From: Phoronis australis
Lineage: Eukaryota; Animalia; Phoronida
Direction of reading: 5' to 3'
NCBI GenBank assembly: GCA_002633005.1
Contig: NMRA01000550.1
Span: 122,134-186,133, forward strand
DNA length: 64,000 nt
In this document: positions 52,984-64,000 of the stretch, one piece after another
How positions within the stretch are numbered: the first letter of the stretch is position 1
Layout: every line of letters starts with the position of its first letter
The notes under the pieces: model-generated
The model's input: only the letters and a program-made list of their open reading frames with translations
Databases searched by the model: none
Told to the model about the DNA's origin: nothing
Program-made: the position numbers and the translations under genes

Positions 52984-53927
52984 GTTTACTCCAAGTTGGC
53001 TAAGTACACCACACTCCAGTTTGGTGAATTTGGTTCAGATTCTGGGGTATCCCAGAAAGCTTGAAAATGCTTGCTCAAAGTTAGCCAAGTACATCTTCCC
53101 CACCATCCTCTTGGCTTTAAATATATCTGGCGATAAAACAGGTCACGTTGACAACTAAGCCAACAAAATCCAGATAACCGGCTTTTAAACAGTGAAAAAG
53201 GAATCTAACACTGAAAATCAATCTTTATATTCAATGGTGATACACCACATACAAAACGCACAACAATAAGCCCATTATTTCAGCAAATAGATAAATTATA
53301 TAACAAGAGGCACTAAGTGAAAAGCACGGAAGTCTCAAAATCATAATTCAGAGAAGCAATTAAGTTACACAGAAAACACATCAATAATGAACACGGAAGG
53401 CTCAAAACAATATGAATGTAAAATAATATCTATAAAATGGGTTGCAAATATTTAAGTCGTGTCTGCACGCCATCTTAAATGTTTGCAACATATTATCCAC
53501 GCCATATTGAGATTGACATATTCATAAAAATGGGCGTTTATGGTTTTTTCATTTGCCACGATTAACTAAGCATTTATCCCATTGATTTGGATAACACTTC
53601 TCAATACACTGATCCGGCTCCAAAATAACTGTATGATCTCGCTAAAATAACGTGTAGGAAGGTTGAATGGGCAGAAGAGGACGTTGTCTATATTAACGTA
53701 ATATAATACAGTAGGTTTATTATGGATATTGACTATGTACAAAGCACACGACACGTACAAAACTTTGAAATCAATAACAATTGTCATACGGTTACAGTCA
53801 CCGCTCAATAAAAATGAAAAATTGGAACATAGACAAACAAAACAAATAGGTGCCTAAATACAGAGGGCCATCAAAATAATTCCATTTTACACCTAATACA
53901 CTACAAGCACTGAGTATTACCCAGAGA

Positions 53928-54319
53928 TCAATCTACAGACTCCATGTCGGTATAAGACGGGCCAGTGTATACATGACAACCCTCGTCAGAGGGTGCAGTT
54001 GTCAAGTTATTCAAGGGTCGCCCAACATCACCGCCAGCCATTTCATCAGACTCTGGACTTACAGTGTGTCTCGTAACACCTGGGACTTCTTGTGGTGAAT
54101 TACTGGAGTCGCCAAAGTCTAATTCGTCATTAGACTCATCACTTGAGCATTCCATTTTAAGTTTATCTTGGTTGACCTTGGACTTGCCAGTTGGCAGCGG
54201 ATTGGTACATAATGAGGGCGTGGCACATCGCAGACGATAGAACAAAACATATCCAGCAGTTGACACAATGTTGTTAGGATTGGCATATCTCACTCTACTG
54301 TCATCAAATAGTCGCCAGC
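53928..54319 (-). CDS. USP19: USP19 terminal exon (catalytic Asp box, C-terminus YTDMESVD)
   Basis: TTTCAG acceptor on -; GWRLFDDSRV...GYVLFYRLR; stop at 53928. Confidence 0.93.
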
Positions 54320-55098
54320 CTGAAACACACAATACAACATGGTTTTCATTCCTTTCTGACAGTATAGAGCAAAGTAGCCAGGGTTTACTTAAAAACAACA
54401 CATAGTTGGGAACTCTCAGATGTTTCTGCCCTCATTCTAAAGGTCTTGCTAACCGACAGGATGTGGGCGCAATAGGTAGACCAAGATCTAAGATGCCTCG
54501 ATTAGTGTTCAAGTTGGGACATCTGGTTTTACTGCTGACAGCTTCTTTGACTTTTCCTGAATACCAGAATTTCCTCTCTAGTGATGACTTTGGCATTGAT
54601 GTTGTCAATAGTGTGTCCAATCTCTGTTGTATGTTCGCAGACACAAAACCATCTCTCCAGTTTAGAGTGTTCCTTAATCCCAATTACCACGGTGCACTTT
54701 GTTTCCCCAATGTAGCACTGTGAGGGTTCTTCCTTAGAGGATTTCTCATCACCGGGGTTAGGATCCTCGGGGTGAGTCAACATTTCGTGGATAGTGTTAA
54801 TAGGCTTGAAGTAGCTTTTTACACCAAGTGACCTCGAGACCCCTGCCAGTTGCTCAGAAAAGCTCTTGGTATATTTGATGGCTGCAGGCCCTCATTGCAG
54901 TCTGTGTCCTGATCACATTGTTGCCTGGGCCAGGTGTCTAACCTTTCTGCTTGATATTCAACTTGAAATTACTTTTGGCTTAAAACACTATAACATTTAA
55001 AACGCACCAAGTAGTAGACTTAGCTAGAATGTTCTAGTAAGCTTTAAAATTTTTACACTTCACACGAGAAAGCAAAGGGTTTAAGCTGAAACGTCTTA

Positions 55099-55920
55099 GG
55101 GCTGTTCCAGCAAAATCTGTATGGGAGGGGGGAAGGCTCTTTTATTTCGTACCCACCGCCCATATTTTTCATTTATTTCTCCAACCCATGACTTTTTAAT
55201 TATTTTTAATAGGTTAAAATACAAAATCCAACACTTGCAAACAAATTGCCTCCAGGAGGACCTGTTAAGAACTTAGATGATTGACAGACAAGAACTAGTT
55301 GTCTTGTCCAATATTGTCAAAAACTAAAGTAGCCTGTGAGCAATACTTTTGGCAGCCACCAGGTGTCTCTGTTCACAATGTGTCTATAATTTCAATGAAC
55401 ATTTTTTCAATTATAAGGATCTATGAATCTCAAACTGTCTCCACGAACTCTTTTATACTTCTATGTCAAGTGAATATTGGAACTTGTTTATCTTACTCCT
55501 CATACTTTTTATTTAAAAATCATCAATTTTCTTATATGTGTTAACACCAGTTTAGTGTTGCATAACTTTTCAATTTAATAGGACTGCAGACAAACAGTTG
55601 GCTCAAATCAAGTTGCCCATGACTTGATTAATGGCTTAGTAAACATATTGCACTCAGTTCACTGGCAATATGGGCTTTTTTGTTTTGGGATGAGTTGGGA
55701 TTATATGCCAATTACATGTCAATTACATGTCATGAGTTTAGGCGGCTGACGTAACCAACCTGTCAACATTAACAGGTCAAAGAATACCATCCATTTTTAA
55801 TGCATCACTTCTTACAGGAACGACCACCCATAATTTGAGTTTTTTTCTGAAAACACCACCCATGAATTTTTATTTCTACTGCCGTCCCCCACTCCCACAG
55901 GGATTTTACTGGAACAGCCC
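55099..55920. mobile_element. Non-autonomous PIF/Harbinger-like element
   Basis: TIR GGGCTGTTCCAG.AAAAT / ATTTT.CTGGAACAGCCC; TTA TSD on both sides. Confidence 0.85.
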
Positions 55921-56140
55921 TTAACGACAATCACTAAGTAGTAAAGTACCTTAAGTGTATTATCTGATAAAGTCTTCAGCTCGATTTCGATGAATGACTG
56001 GCAGCCAACTGCGAGAATTGCCGATTTGTAATACACCACAAAAACATGATGGATTTTGCTGTCAGAGCTAATCAAAGTAAACCTATCCCATCTAAAGATA
56101 ATTCGAAAAATGTGCCCTTTTAACTGAAGTTAGTACTCAC

Positions 56141-56307
56141 CTAAATCATTCTTCTTACTGTCTATCTCACTGGGTAACCTGGCATACGATGTGTAGTGAC
56201 CTCCCAGTATCCCGCCGTGATGATTGATAACCCCATACAGGTCATAGACAGGAGGCGGGTCTTCCGGCTGATTGACACCCACAAAAAACTCGGACATATC
56301 AAGGCCA
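56141..56307 (-). CDS. USP19: USP19 exon (His box)
   Basis: GLDMSEF...YDLYGVINHHGGILGGHYTSYARLP; AG acceptor and GTGAGT donor. Confidence 0.95.
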
Positions 56308-56445
56308 CTGAAATAAGAACGTAAAGTGAATTTAGAAAATGTCAAGGAAACACAGGAGAGAGAGTCTGAGGGTTAAACCTTGTGAGAAAAACATTAAAAG
56401 TCAAAAATTGCATTCACAAGTCACCATGTAACAAGTTAGTCTTAC

Positions 56446-56598
56446 CTGACAGGGAAGTCGATAAAGCGGTCAATCTTATCTCTCCAGATGAAGTTTCTGA
56501 ACGAGAACCGTTTGAGGTGAATAATGAGGGTATGAGGTAGACGCCAGATAGCCATCTGTTTAGAGGCCTCAACGTGTTTCTTACAGCGAGGACAGTAC
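56446..56598 (-). CDS. USP19: USP19 exon
   Basis: WYCPRCKKHVEASKQMAIWRLPHTLIIHLKRFSFRNFIWRDKIDRFIDFPV, translated manually; FIWRDKI is typical of USP19. Confidence 0.95.
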
Positions 56599-56640
56599 CT
56601 ATAGAAAGAGAGAACGCAGTGTTCTGATAACTGGCATGCA

Positions 56641-56776
56641 TTCAGTAACGCTAAGACCTACGCTAGGACCTAGCTAAAATCTAGTCAAAGTCACATGTAC
56701 TCATTTGAAATACACGGCAATGTCTCACATGATTTTACGAAGTCTTGCTTTTTAGCGAGGTCCTAGCGTTACTGAA
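56641..56776. mobile_element. MITE, TTCAGTAACGCTA family
   Basis: TTCAGTAACGCTA...TAGCGTTACTGAA terminal inverted repeat. Confidence 0.75.
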
Positions 56777-57326
56777 CGGGATGCTGGTGTCTCGACATTG
56801 AGTGAGGGTTTGTTTCACATACACACGTGACCTACTCCCAAGTGTTGATTTAATTTTGAGAAAAATGGGTGTATTAGCAAAAAGGGAAATAAAATTGACA
56901 ACTGATATACTACCATAGAGAGATTCATCCGCATAGAGCTAACATAAATTGTGTGGCATGAAACATTGAGCTTTCTCCTCATAAAGTTTGCAAAACAATG
57001 TCCGACATGAAACTTCAAGATTCGTCCTCAGAAAAATTATGTAGAATGAAACGCCAACTAGCTACTCTTGGTAAAGTTTCACACACACACACACCACGAT
57101 AAATAAATTCTCTTCAAATTTCGAGATATAACACATGCGATGCTATTTCACAGCTAAACAAGAGGCTAACATACAGTAGTAGTCAGATCTTGTTCAAGGC
57201 TACATGTGTCCCCATGATGCTGTTGTTTTGCTTGGAGATTCACATTATCAAGTGTTTAATTTGATCACGCGTACAGTTGTATTCAGTATATTGCGTCAAC
57301 CTATCCATCCACAACAGCGCTCTTAC

Positions 57327-57402
57327 CAGGCCTCCTCCGGGCTAAGCACTTCAGGCTCTGTGAACAGCTGCAGGCAGTGATGAAGGCTGATCTCCTTGGA
57401 CT
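57327..57402 (-). CDS. USP19: USP19 exon
   Basis: ESKEISLHHCLQLFTEPEVLSPEEAW; AG acceptor and GTAAG donor, in phase. Confidence 0.92.
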
Positions 57403-57745
57403 CTAGATAACAAATGTAGAGAGGTCAATTTGATTGTGTGGACATTCAGTCTACTGTCTCTTAAATTTATGAATGAAGTCTTTTCTTTACAATTACACTT
57501 AATATATGCTTTCAGAGGCTGAAAAGTCTGCAATTAAAAGTTGCAATGCTAACTTATTAATGAGATCTATACGGTTCTAAGACCTTTGCCATCAGTCTCA
57601 TTTAAGAACAGCAGCGCCACCTGTCAACAAGTTTATAAAAATAAAACTGTAAATACTCGCCATAGCTCCAACAGTACGTTCGACAGAATTCAAATAAAAA
57701 TATCCCACCCTCTAAGCAGACCAACACGTGCCCAATCCCACCTAC

Positions 57746-57889
57746 CGGAGCGCCCACTACTGCCAGCCTGACTGTCTTCCACGTAGTCCAACTCCTTTGT
57801 CTGTACCATCACATACTGCTTGCTGCGCTCATTATTCTTCCAGTCCATGGCCAGATACTGACCACTGGTCAAGTCAAGGGGCGAGTCAC
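57746..57889 (-). CDS. USP19: USP19 exon
   Basis: GDSPLDLTSGQYLAMDWKNNERSKQYVMVQTKELDYVED; TTTCCAG acceptor, GTAGGT donor. Confidence 0.92.
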
Positions 57890-58289
57890 CTGGAAATGAT
57901 GGACAAGGAGAGGCCAAGTCACATTTGGGTAAAATATTTTGTGACGATACAGAAGTGACTTAACATTCCCATGTACAAGAGGCACATTCACCAAGACTAT
58001 CAACTTGTGAGTTGAATGAACCCAGACAAGACCCTACAGAGCCTATGTACAGTACAACTGCGAGACAAAAGTAATCAGACAAAACACCATTTCCCTGTCT
58101 AATTCAAAAATGGCTGGTAATAACTATTATTTGGCAAAATGCCATTTCTAGAACGGCTTAGTCATCTTATTACCGTTCCTCTTCTCAGCCACAAGGGGAG
58201 ACTACTCCGACAATGAATTCGGTTACCGCCCAACTGCCATGACAGAGAATTCCGGGTCATTTTATTTGAATATTTTTCTCTTTTATTGC

Positions 58290-58450
58290 AGTTCCGTCGT
58301 GAGCCTAGAGGACTCTCAACAGAAAGATCACGGGTTCAATTCCTAGTAGCTGAAGGTCACTTCATCTTCAGAGCTCCAGTAAACGTAGCGGTATAAAATG
58401 ATTACCAGTCACGTGTGGGGTGTAAACTGTGATGGATGAGTGTCATGGCG
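58290..58450 (+). mobile_element. Degenerate tRNA-derived SINE-like relic
   Basis: Pol III B-box GGTTCAATTCC at 58333-58343 in a decayed tRNA-like head; no intact cloverleaf. Confidence 0.45.
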
Positions 58451-58738
58451 ACACAGAGTTGAACAACTCATCCAATCACACTACACAAACTGTAGTTAGC
58501 TGGCTGATGGCTCGTCAAACATTTACTTTATAACAAATCCATCCTAGAATGTGCGCAGAACAAGGCTTATATCAGCAAAAGACAATCTCTATTCGTCATC
58601 ATGCGCAGACAAAAGTGGTTAAAGTACAAGTGCCATTTTAAGATCTACGGCATGGTTGAAGTTGGTTCTTAAATGGAACCCGCACAACTCAACCACCTGC
58701 TCCACGACAAAAAACACCATTTCACGATGTACACCTAC

Positions 58739-59409
58739 CTTGATCAGTCAGTCTTGTACCTTTAGGCGCGGGCAGACCAATCCCTTGATGGTTCACTGGC
58801 TTCATCCAGAAGTTAAGAGCAACTACTGGCTCCACCTGGGGATAACCAAGGACAACCCTCGTCTGCGCAGATGTCTTCTCACGTATCTCCGCAGACTTGT
58901 CATAGTTGACCTCGTTGTCATTTTTCAGGAACTGATTATCCAGGTTTTTATTGCTTTTGGTCCCAAGGTCACTGGAATCTTGTAGACACGTGTCAACTAA
59001 TTGGTCAAGCATGTCCTCACATTTCTCATATTTTGTATCCATGGCAACACCATTATCCACCCAAGTGTCCTCTTTATCAGTCCTTGTTACAGTGCAAGAC
59101 TTCGCACTACCAGTATTACCATTAGCATTGTCTAAGAACGTGTCATTACTGAGTGAGGACGTGTCCTGATCACTGCCTGCCTCCATGCTTTCAGACAATG
59201 ACAGGTCACTGGAGACACTAGACAAGGAGTCCTTGACTGGAGGCTGGAACACATCAACAGAGTGTATGGCAAAGGACTGCATGGCTTGAGCCAGCCGCGA
59301 GTAAGACAGCTTGGAGCGGGGCAGACTGACCATGAACGGGTGTCCAACAGGCTCTGGGCTGTCACGACACCTGGTGCGATGTACCTGCCAGTGGTCACGC
59401 TGACACCCC
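58739..59409 (-). CDS. USP19: USP19 exon: end of MYND finger + Ser/Asp-rich insert
   Basis: GCQRDHWQVHRTRC...VGHPFMVSLPRSKLSYSRL...SVDVFQPP; boundaries in phase with both neighbours. Confidence 0.9.
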
Positions 59410-59489
59410 CTGTAACAGACAGCCATGTGGGACCAGGTGAATAAAGATGAAGACTGGAGTAGTTCTAATACACAACAAAACAACAGATA

Positions 59490-59743
59490 ATGAGCTTGGA
59501 ATGACCAATGACAAAAAAGAGGAAAAATTTCCAGGTGATGTATCGTTCCACAAATAAATAGGCTTGTGTAATAGAAATATTTTTTGTATTGTAACATTTA
59601 AATGAAATAAACGTTTTTGCATGAATAAAGCCAAAATATTGACAAAAAAGAGAGACAAAAAAGAAGAAAAGGGAAATCAAATAAGAGGAAATCAAAACAA
59701 TAAAAGAAGAAAACCCCTTAAAAGAGGAAAATTCCAAGCCCTG
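59490..59743 (-). mobile_element. About 250-bp MITE, CAGGGCTTGGAAT family (short subfamily)
   Basis: Inverted homolog of 40437-40685; one end eroded. Confidence 0.8.
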
Positions 59744-60022
59744 GATGATACTGTGGTGACCTGCACTACTTTACCCAGCAGTCTTAATGCCTACGTTCAA
59801 CTCCCTGACCAAAACCACAAAGCTTCAACAGATTCATTTTTGAATGCCTTTGTTCTGTTTAACCCTACATTAATATAAACACGTAAGAGAGTTCTCACGA
59901 ATTTCAATCAGGTATTCTGTGCAATAGGCCCAACGTTGTGGCCAGTGTACATGTGATGCAGTAACCATAGTAACAGTGAATACATAATGGTTACAGTTGC
60001 CAAGGTAACAGTGAATACATAC

Positions 60023-60199
60023 TGGTTACAGTAGCCCACCCTTAGGCACTTGGTACATCTCTTCAACCTAGTATCAACGTCACACTCTCGCTGACAGTAG
60101 GCGCAGCGGGTCGGGTGTGCAACAGGGCACGTGACTCTCTGGATCACGTTGAGCTCGACCACAGGCTCCCCAGCGAGCTCCTCGGATAATACTTCAAAC
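60023..60199 (-). CDS. USP19: USP19 exon: MYND zinc finger
   Basis: FEVLSEELAGEPVVELNVIQR...CAYCQRECDVDTRLKRCTKCLRVGYCNQ; a MYND finger inside the USP domain is diagnostic of USP19. Confidence 0.95.
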
Positions 60200-60462
60200 C
60201 TGCAACGTTATCAATTACTGAAGATAACATGGTTATCAACGAGTCAATATTTATACATGATTAAAAGTGTGATGTCACTAAATCTACGACCATCAAAAGC
60301 AATAAATAAGCGTAAATTATACGGAAACATTGACACCAGTGGTAGGAATCTGCAGTGTTTTTTCCGGACACCAACATTTGATTTTTTGCGTTTAAAACTG
60401 CAGAATTTGAAACAAATAGAGCTATTAGTCTTTCTGATCCAAAAATGTGACTCTGTTCCTAG

Positions 60463-60903
60463 CAGGGCTTGGAATGGCCAATGACAAAAAACGCGGAAAT
60501 GGTCGGAGTGAACCCCGAGGACTAAAAAAAAAAGAAACGTTACAACCATCAGTAGCATGCATCTGCGTCCTTTTAGATCGCCCGTCGACTCCCAATCCAC
60601 ACACTTTTGGCTGCAGAGCCGTAGTATTTGTTGCCGCGGTTTACAGTAACACGAGACGCCATTGAAAATCCCACCACGCTATCCTAGATGCCCCGGCAAT
60701 GTTGACAATTTACGTTCCTCCGAAACATAAAGAGCAACTTCCGCTTTTTAAGGTGAACGTCGTCCGAAACGCCGCGGTAAGAAAGGAATTTGCCGCGGAA
60801 ATTTTATATCAAATCCGATTTTTTTACGCAGAAATATAAAATACGCGGAAAGAACATTTGAAAAAGCGGAAATCCGCATTTCCGCGGAAAATTCCAAGCC
60901 CTG
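60463..60903 (-). mobile_element. Second copy of the 500-bp element (internal deletion), 6-bp TSD
   Basis: Same TIRs; TSD TCCTAG on both sides. Confidence 0.92.
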
Positions 60904-61050
60904 TCCTAGTCACAGTCATTACGTGTGTGCAATCTGTCAGCTGTTATGCACAGCCATGAGACCAATCAACAGTTAAGACAACAATGTCTCCAACAGTATA
61001 TAATTGTGCTTGCTATAAATCAGTGCAAGGATGTGATATAGGTAAGAATT

Positions 61051-61306
61051 ATTAATCTTCTTATACGCCGTACCTTGATCACATCATGTGACCACTAGTA
61101 TATGCACCACCGACTTCCAGTCAGACGCCTCCTATTGAGTCAGATCGGATGTCTGTATTCAACCAGTGGTCACAACAGCTTGGTGAACTAGAGCATCTAC
61201 ACGAGCAGAAACTTGCAGTTTTGCTCCCTGCTTAGGACGGAGATCTTTTCACACTTAACTATAGGTCATGTGATCTGACCATCACATGGCATGTAAGAAG
61301 ATTAAT
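61051..61306. mobile_element. Non-autonomous element with imperfect inverted ends of about 45 bp
   Basis: ATTAATCTTCTTATACGCC...ATCATGTGACC pairs with GGTCATGTGAT...GGCATGTAAGAAGATTAAT. Confidence 0.65.
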
Positions 61307-61509
61307 CACTCTTACCAATGCCTCCAAGAATATTTTTGAGGCCTGAATGAAAAGCCTCAAATTCAAAACAGGTCTGTAGAATTCCTTGCTGGCTAAGTAT
61401 GTGATAATTCAAAGGAAAAACAATGATTATTCTAGTGGTCTAGATAAAATGCTCAAAACTTTGAAAAGGTGTCAAAAATTTCCAATAAGGTTTTAATATG
61501 TAGGAAAAT

Positions 61510-61983
61510 GTAAACGGTGATCTCAGTAAATGATGAGCTCAGTAATCGATGATCTCAGAAGACGACAACTCAAAAAACGATGATCTCAGTAGACGAATCA
61601 GTAAATGATAACCTCAGTAATCAATGATCTCAGAAGGCAATAAACTCAGTAAATGATGACCTCAGTAAACGATAATCTCAGTAAACAATGATTTCAGTAA
61701 ACCATAATCACAGTAATCAATGATCTCAGAAGACAATGAACTCAGTAAATGATGATCTCAGTAAACGATGATCTCAGTAAGCGACGATCTCAGAAGACAA
61801 TAAACTCAGTAAATGATGATCTCAGTAAACTATGATCTCAGTAAACTATGATCTCAGTAATCAATGATCTCAGAAGACAATGAACTCAGTAAATGATGAT
61901 CTTAGTAGACGATGATCTCAATAAATGATCTCACTAAACTATGATCTCAGTAAACGATGATTTCAGTAGTTGATGATCTCAGT
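61510..61983. repeat. 16-bp minisatellite (about 29 units, GATGATCTCAGTAAAC) in a USP19 intron
   Basis: Direct inspection; the variant unit TCAGAAGACAATGAAC recurs every few units. Confidence 0.95.
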
Positions 61984-62095
61984 GTTTACCATCAGTTCAC
62001 AGACAACGGTAGCTTAGCAGTTTCCACATTTTAAGAACTGTCCCTCATCAGTGCAACAGCATGCCTGAATAGCATTGAACAATAAGCACACTTAC

Positions 62096-62190
62096 ACAAA
62101 CACCAGATCATTCGATGTTAACCCAGCTAAGTCACTTGTCCTCTCAAAGAACCGATGGAATCGACATTTGTAAACCTCGAATGCTCTCAG
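62096..62190 (-). CDS. USP19: USP19 exon
   Basis: LRAFEVYKCRFHRFFERTSDLAGLTSNDLVFV; TTTTAG acceptor, GTAAGT donor, in phase with the next exon. Confidence 0.9.
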
Positions 62191-62559
62191 CTAAAACAAA
62201 AAATGAACAAACACTTTGAATCTTTGAACAGTCATGGATGCATATAACCACATATCATCCTCAGTAAAGGTTCTCAAAAGTAACGACAGGTGTTTGGGCA
62301 AGTTATGATAATTTTGTTGTCAACATGGAATCTGCTCAAAATCCTGAAATAGATCTTTCAACAGGGAATTTGGAGAGAAAATGACTACGACAATAAGACT
62401 GTCACAGATAAACGGTGAAACAGAATGAAAAATAAGGTTTTCCAAATGACCAAAGATTTTGAAAAATTCTTCGTATTGCACATTAAACAATAACTCAATC
62501 ATTATTTTCAAATTAAGATACAACCGACTGACACAAGTTCAGCCCATCAGTCAACTCAC

Positions 62560-62643
62560 ATCTTTAGCGGGTATTCCAGTTCTCTGTGACACAGCCTTGG
62601 TGAGATCCGCCCCTCGCGCGTCCTTGGATAACCCCAGCACGTA
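62560..62643 (-). CDS. USP19: USP19 exon (most 5' visible; gene continues beyond the window)
   Basis: YVLGLSKDARGADLTKAVSQRTGIPAKD; ATTTTAG acceptor, GTGAGT donor, phase 0-0. Confidence 0.85.
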
Positions 62644-63598
62644 CTAAAATGAAGGTCAAGGAAATCTTCATTCTCCCTTCTCTAGTGACCCGTTCATTAA
62701 CACAAAGCACTCACAATACATTGACCACTACGATGGTGAACTACATTAGCCAATGCAGCAGAGATATACAGGAACATGAGCGTCCCAAGTAAAAGTTATT
62801 ATCAGTGCTTGATTTGCTCAAAGTTTATGGTGACTTCCAAAACTTTAAATCACAGTTTTCCAAGATTTAATACCCTTGGTTCACAACTGATCCGTTTACT
62901 TTATGAAATCGCTGTATTTGCCAGCCTCGGTAGTCAGCACACATCAAACACACACTTAAATTACAATGGGAAGTAAACTGACGGAAGTCCGAATTGTTTG
63001 GGCAAGATCAGACCATGAAACGCATGCCCCCAGTATATGCAATAGTCTCCATTTTTTGTTGGTAAGAGGAACTGAATTAGAGATTGAATGGTGCAAATTT
63101 TATATGGAAGAACTTAAAAAGGTATGCGTAATTTTCAGAGAATGGAGTCAACAATTTCGATGTCAAGTGTTGGCAGCCTCAGATCTCATTTGGCGACCTG
63201 GAATTTCGCCAAGTCGCCAAATGCAACTTGTTTACAAGCTAAGCGTCAGACATTAATTATAACTTTACACTCCAAACAGTTGTCTACTTTTAACTGTTGT
63301 CCTTTTCCATTTTCATTGTTAGCTGAAGTTTTGTAACGGATCACTGACCACAGTAGCCCATACTGACCACTAGATGGTGAGGTCATTTTCTACAAAGTCA
63401 GCCAAGTTCCATTCTGGTGTACATACAACCGAGAGCCAAGATCTGCCAAGTCTCTTCAGAAGCGAACACAATTCTGGCAAGCTAATAAATAAAGCATTAC
63501 TCAACAGACTATTCTGATTTTCTAAATACCAGGAGCTAAAATCGTAATTAAAACTATGCCCATTTTGCTAAATTCATATTTAGAGCATATTATACATA

Positions 63599-64000
63599 CA
63601 GGGCTCGACGCTATTAAAATCGCCAGGTCGCATTTTGGGACCTAGCCAGAATCCCAGGTCGCATTTCCAAAATCCAGCTCGCATTCATAAATGCCAGGTC
63701 GCGAAATTTTCCCACCATTTTTACGCACCAAAATTGATTTTAGATCATCGAGAAAATGTTTAGATTATGCTCTTTCCTGCCGCGTTAAATACTCACTAAT
63801 TTTAAATCCCAAAACTGACTTCGTTTATGCAGGTACGGCGTTACTGTTCTACACGACCGCCATTGAAAGTCTCTAGAGCGCAAGTCAAGTTCCCGGCGAT
63901 TTGAAAAGGGAGAAAATGCCCGTTGAAAAGGTATCCGGGATTTTGCTAGGTCTGACCTGCTACTGGCTGGCATCAAAGTCGTTAAAGATTCGAACTAACT
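63599..64000. mobile_element. Left end of a probable hAT-like element running off the window
   Basis: CAGGGCTCGAC terminus followed by repeated CCAGGTCGC subterminal motifs; right end not visible. Confidence 0.5.

Noticed and set aside
58290-58350. tRNA gene
   Set aside because: Only a B-box is present; no acceptor stem or cloverleaf can be formed.
59410-59597. Hydrophobic N-terminus of the 291-aa ORF as a USP19 membrane segment
   Set aside because: It lies upstream of the acceptor at 59410 and largely inside a MITE, so it is intronic.
61510-61983. CRISPR-like array
   Set aside because: Head-to-tail 16-mers with no spacers.

Overview
Eukaryotic (animal) genomic DNA, probably from a marine invertebrate; a deuterostome such as a hemichordate or echinoderm is plausible but cannot be proven from this window. 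It holds two convergent multi-exon genes that the ORF track mostly misses and that I reconstructed by hand from splice sites and reading frames. (1) An LRIG-family LRR+Ig type I membrane receptor on + (ATG 16516, stop 50828). Sixteen exons are visible; the LRRCT and the first half of Ig1 are missing, presumably in the N-gap at 43156-43410. (2) The 3' part of USP19, a deubiquitinase with a MYND finger inserted in the USP domain, on - (9 exons, 62643 to stop 53928, continuing beyond the window). Positions 1-16.4 kb have no supportable gene. Introns and flanks carry many non-autonomous DNA transposons (TIR elements with 2-, 3-, 5-, 6- and 8-bp TSDs), hairpin MITEs, a decayed THAP-bearing element, a SINE-like relic and minisatellites. 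I found no prokaryote-type system such as CRISPR. The most unusual observations are a 9-copy minisatellite built from an LRIG splice acceptor whose decoy copies all lead to premature stops, other repeats sitting on exon junctions, an extra symmetric LRR exon, and an Hsp90-like MESVD C-terminus on USP19.
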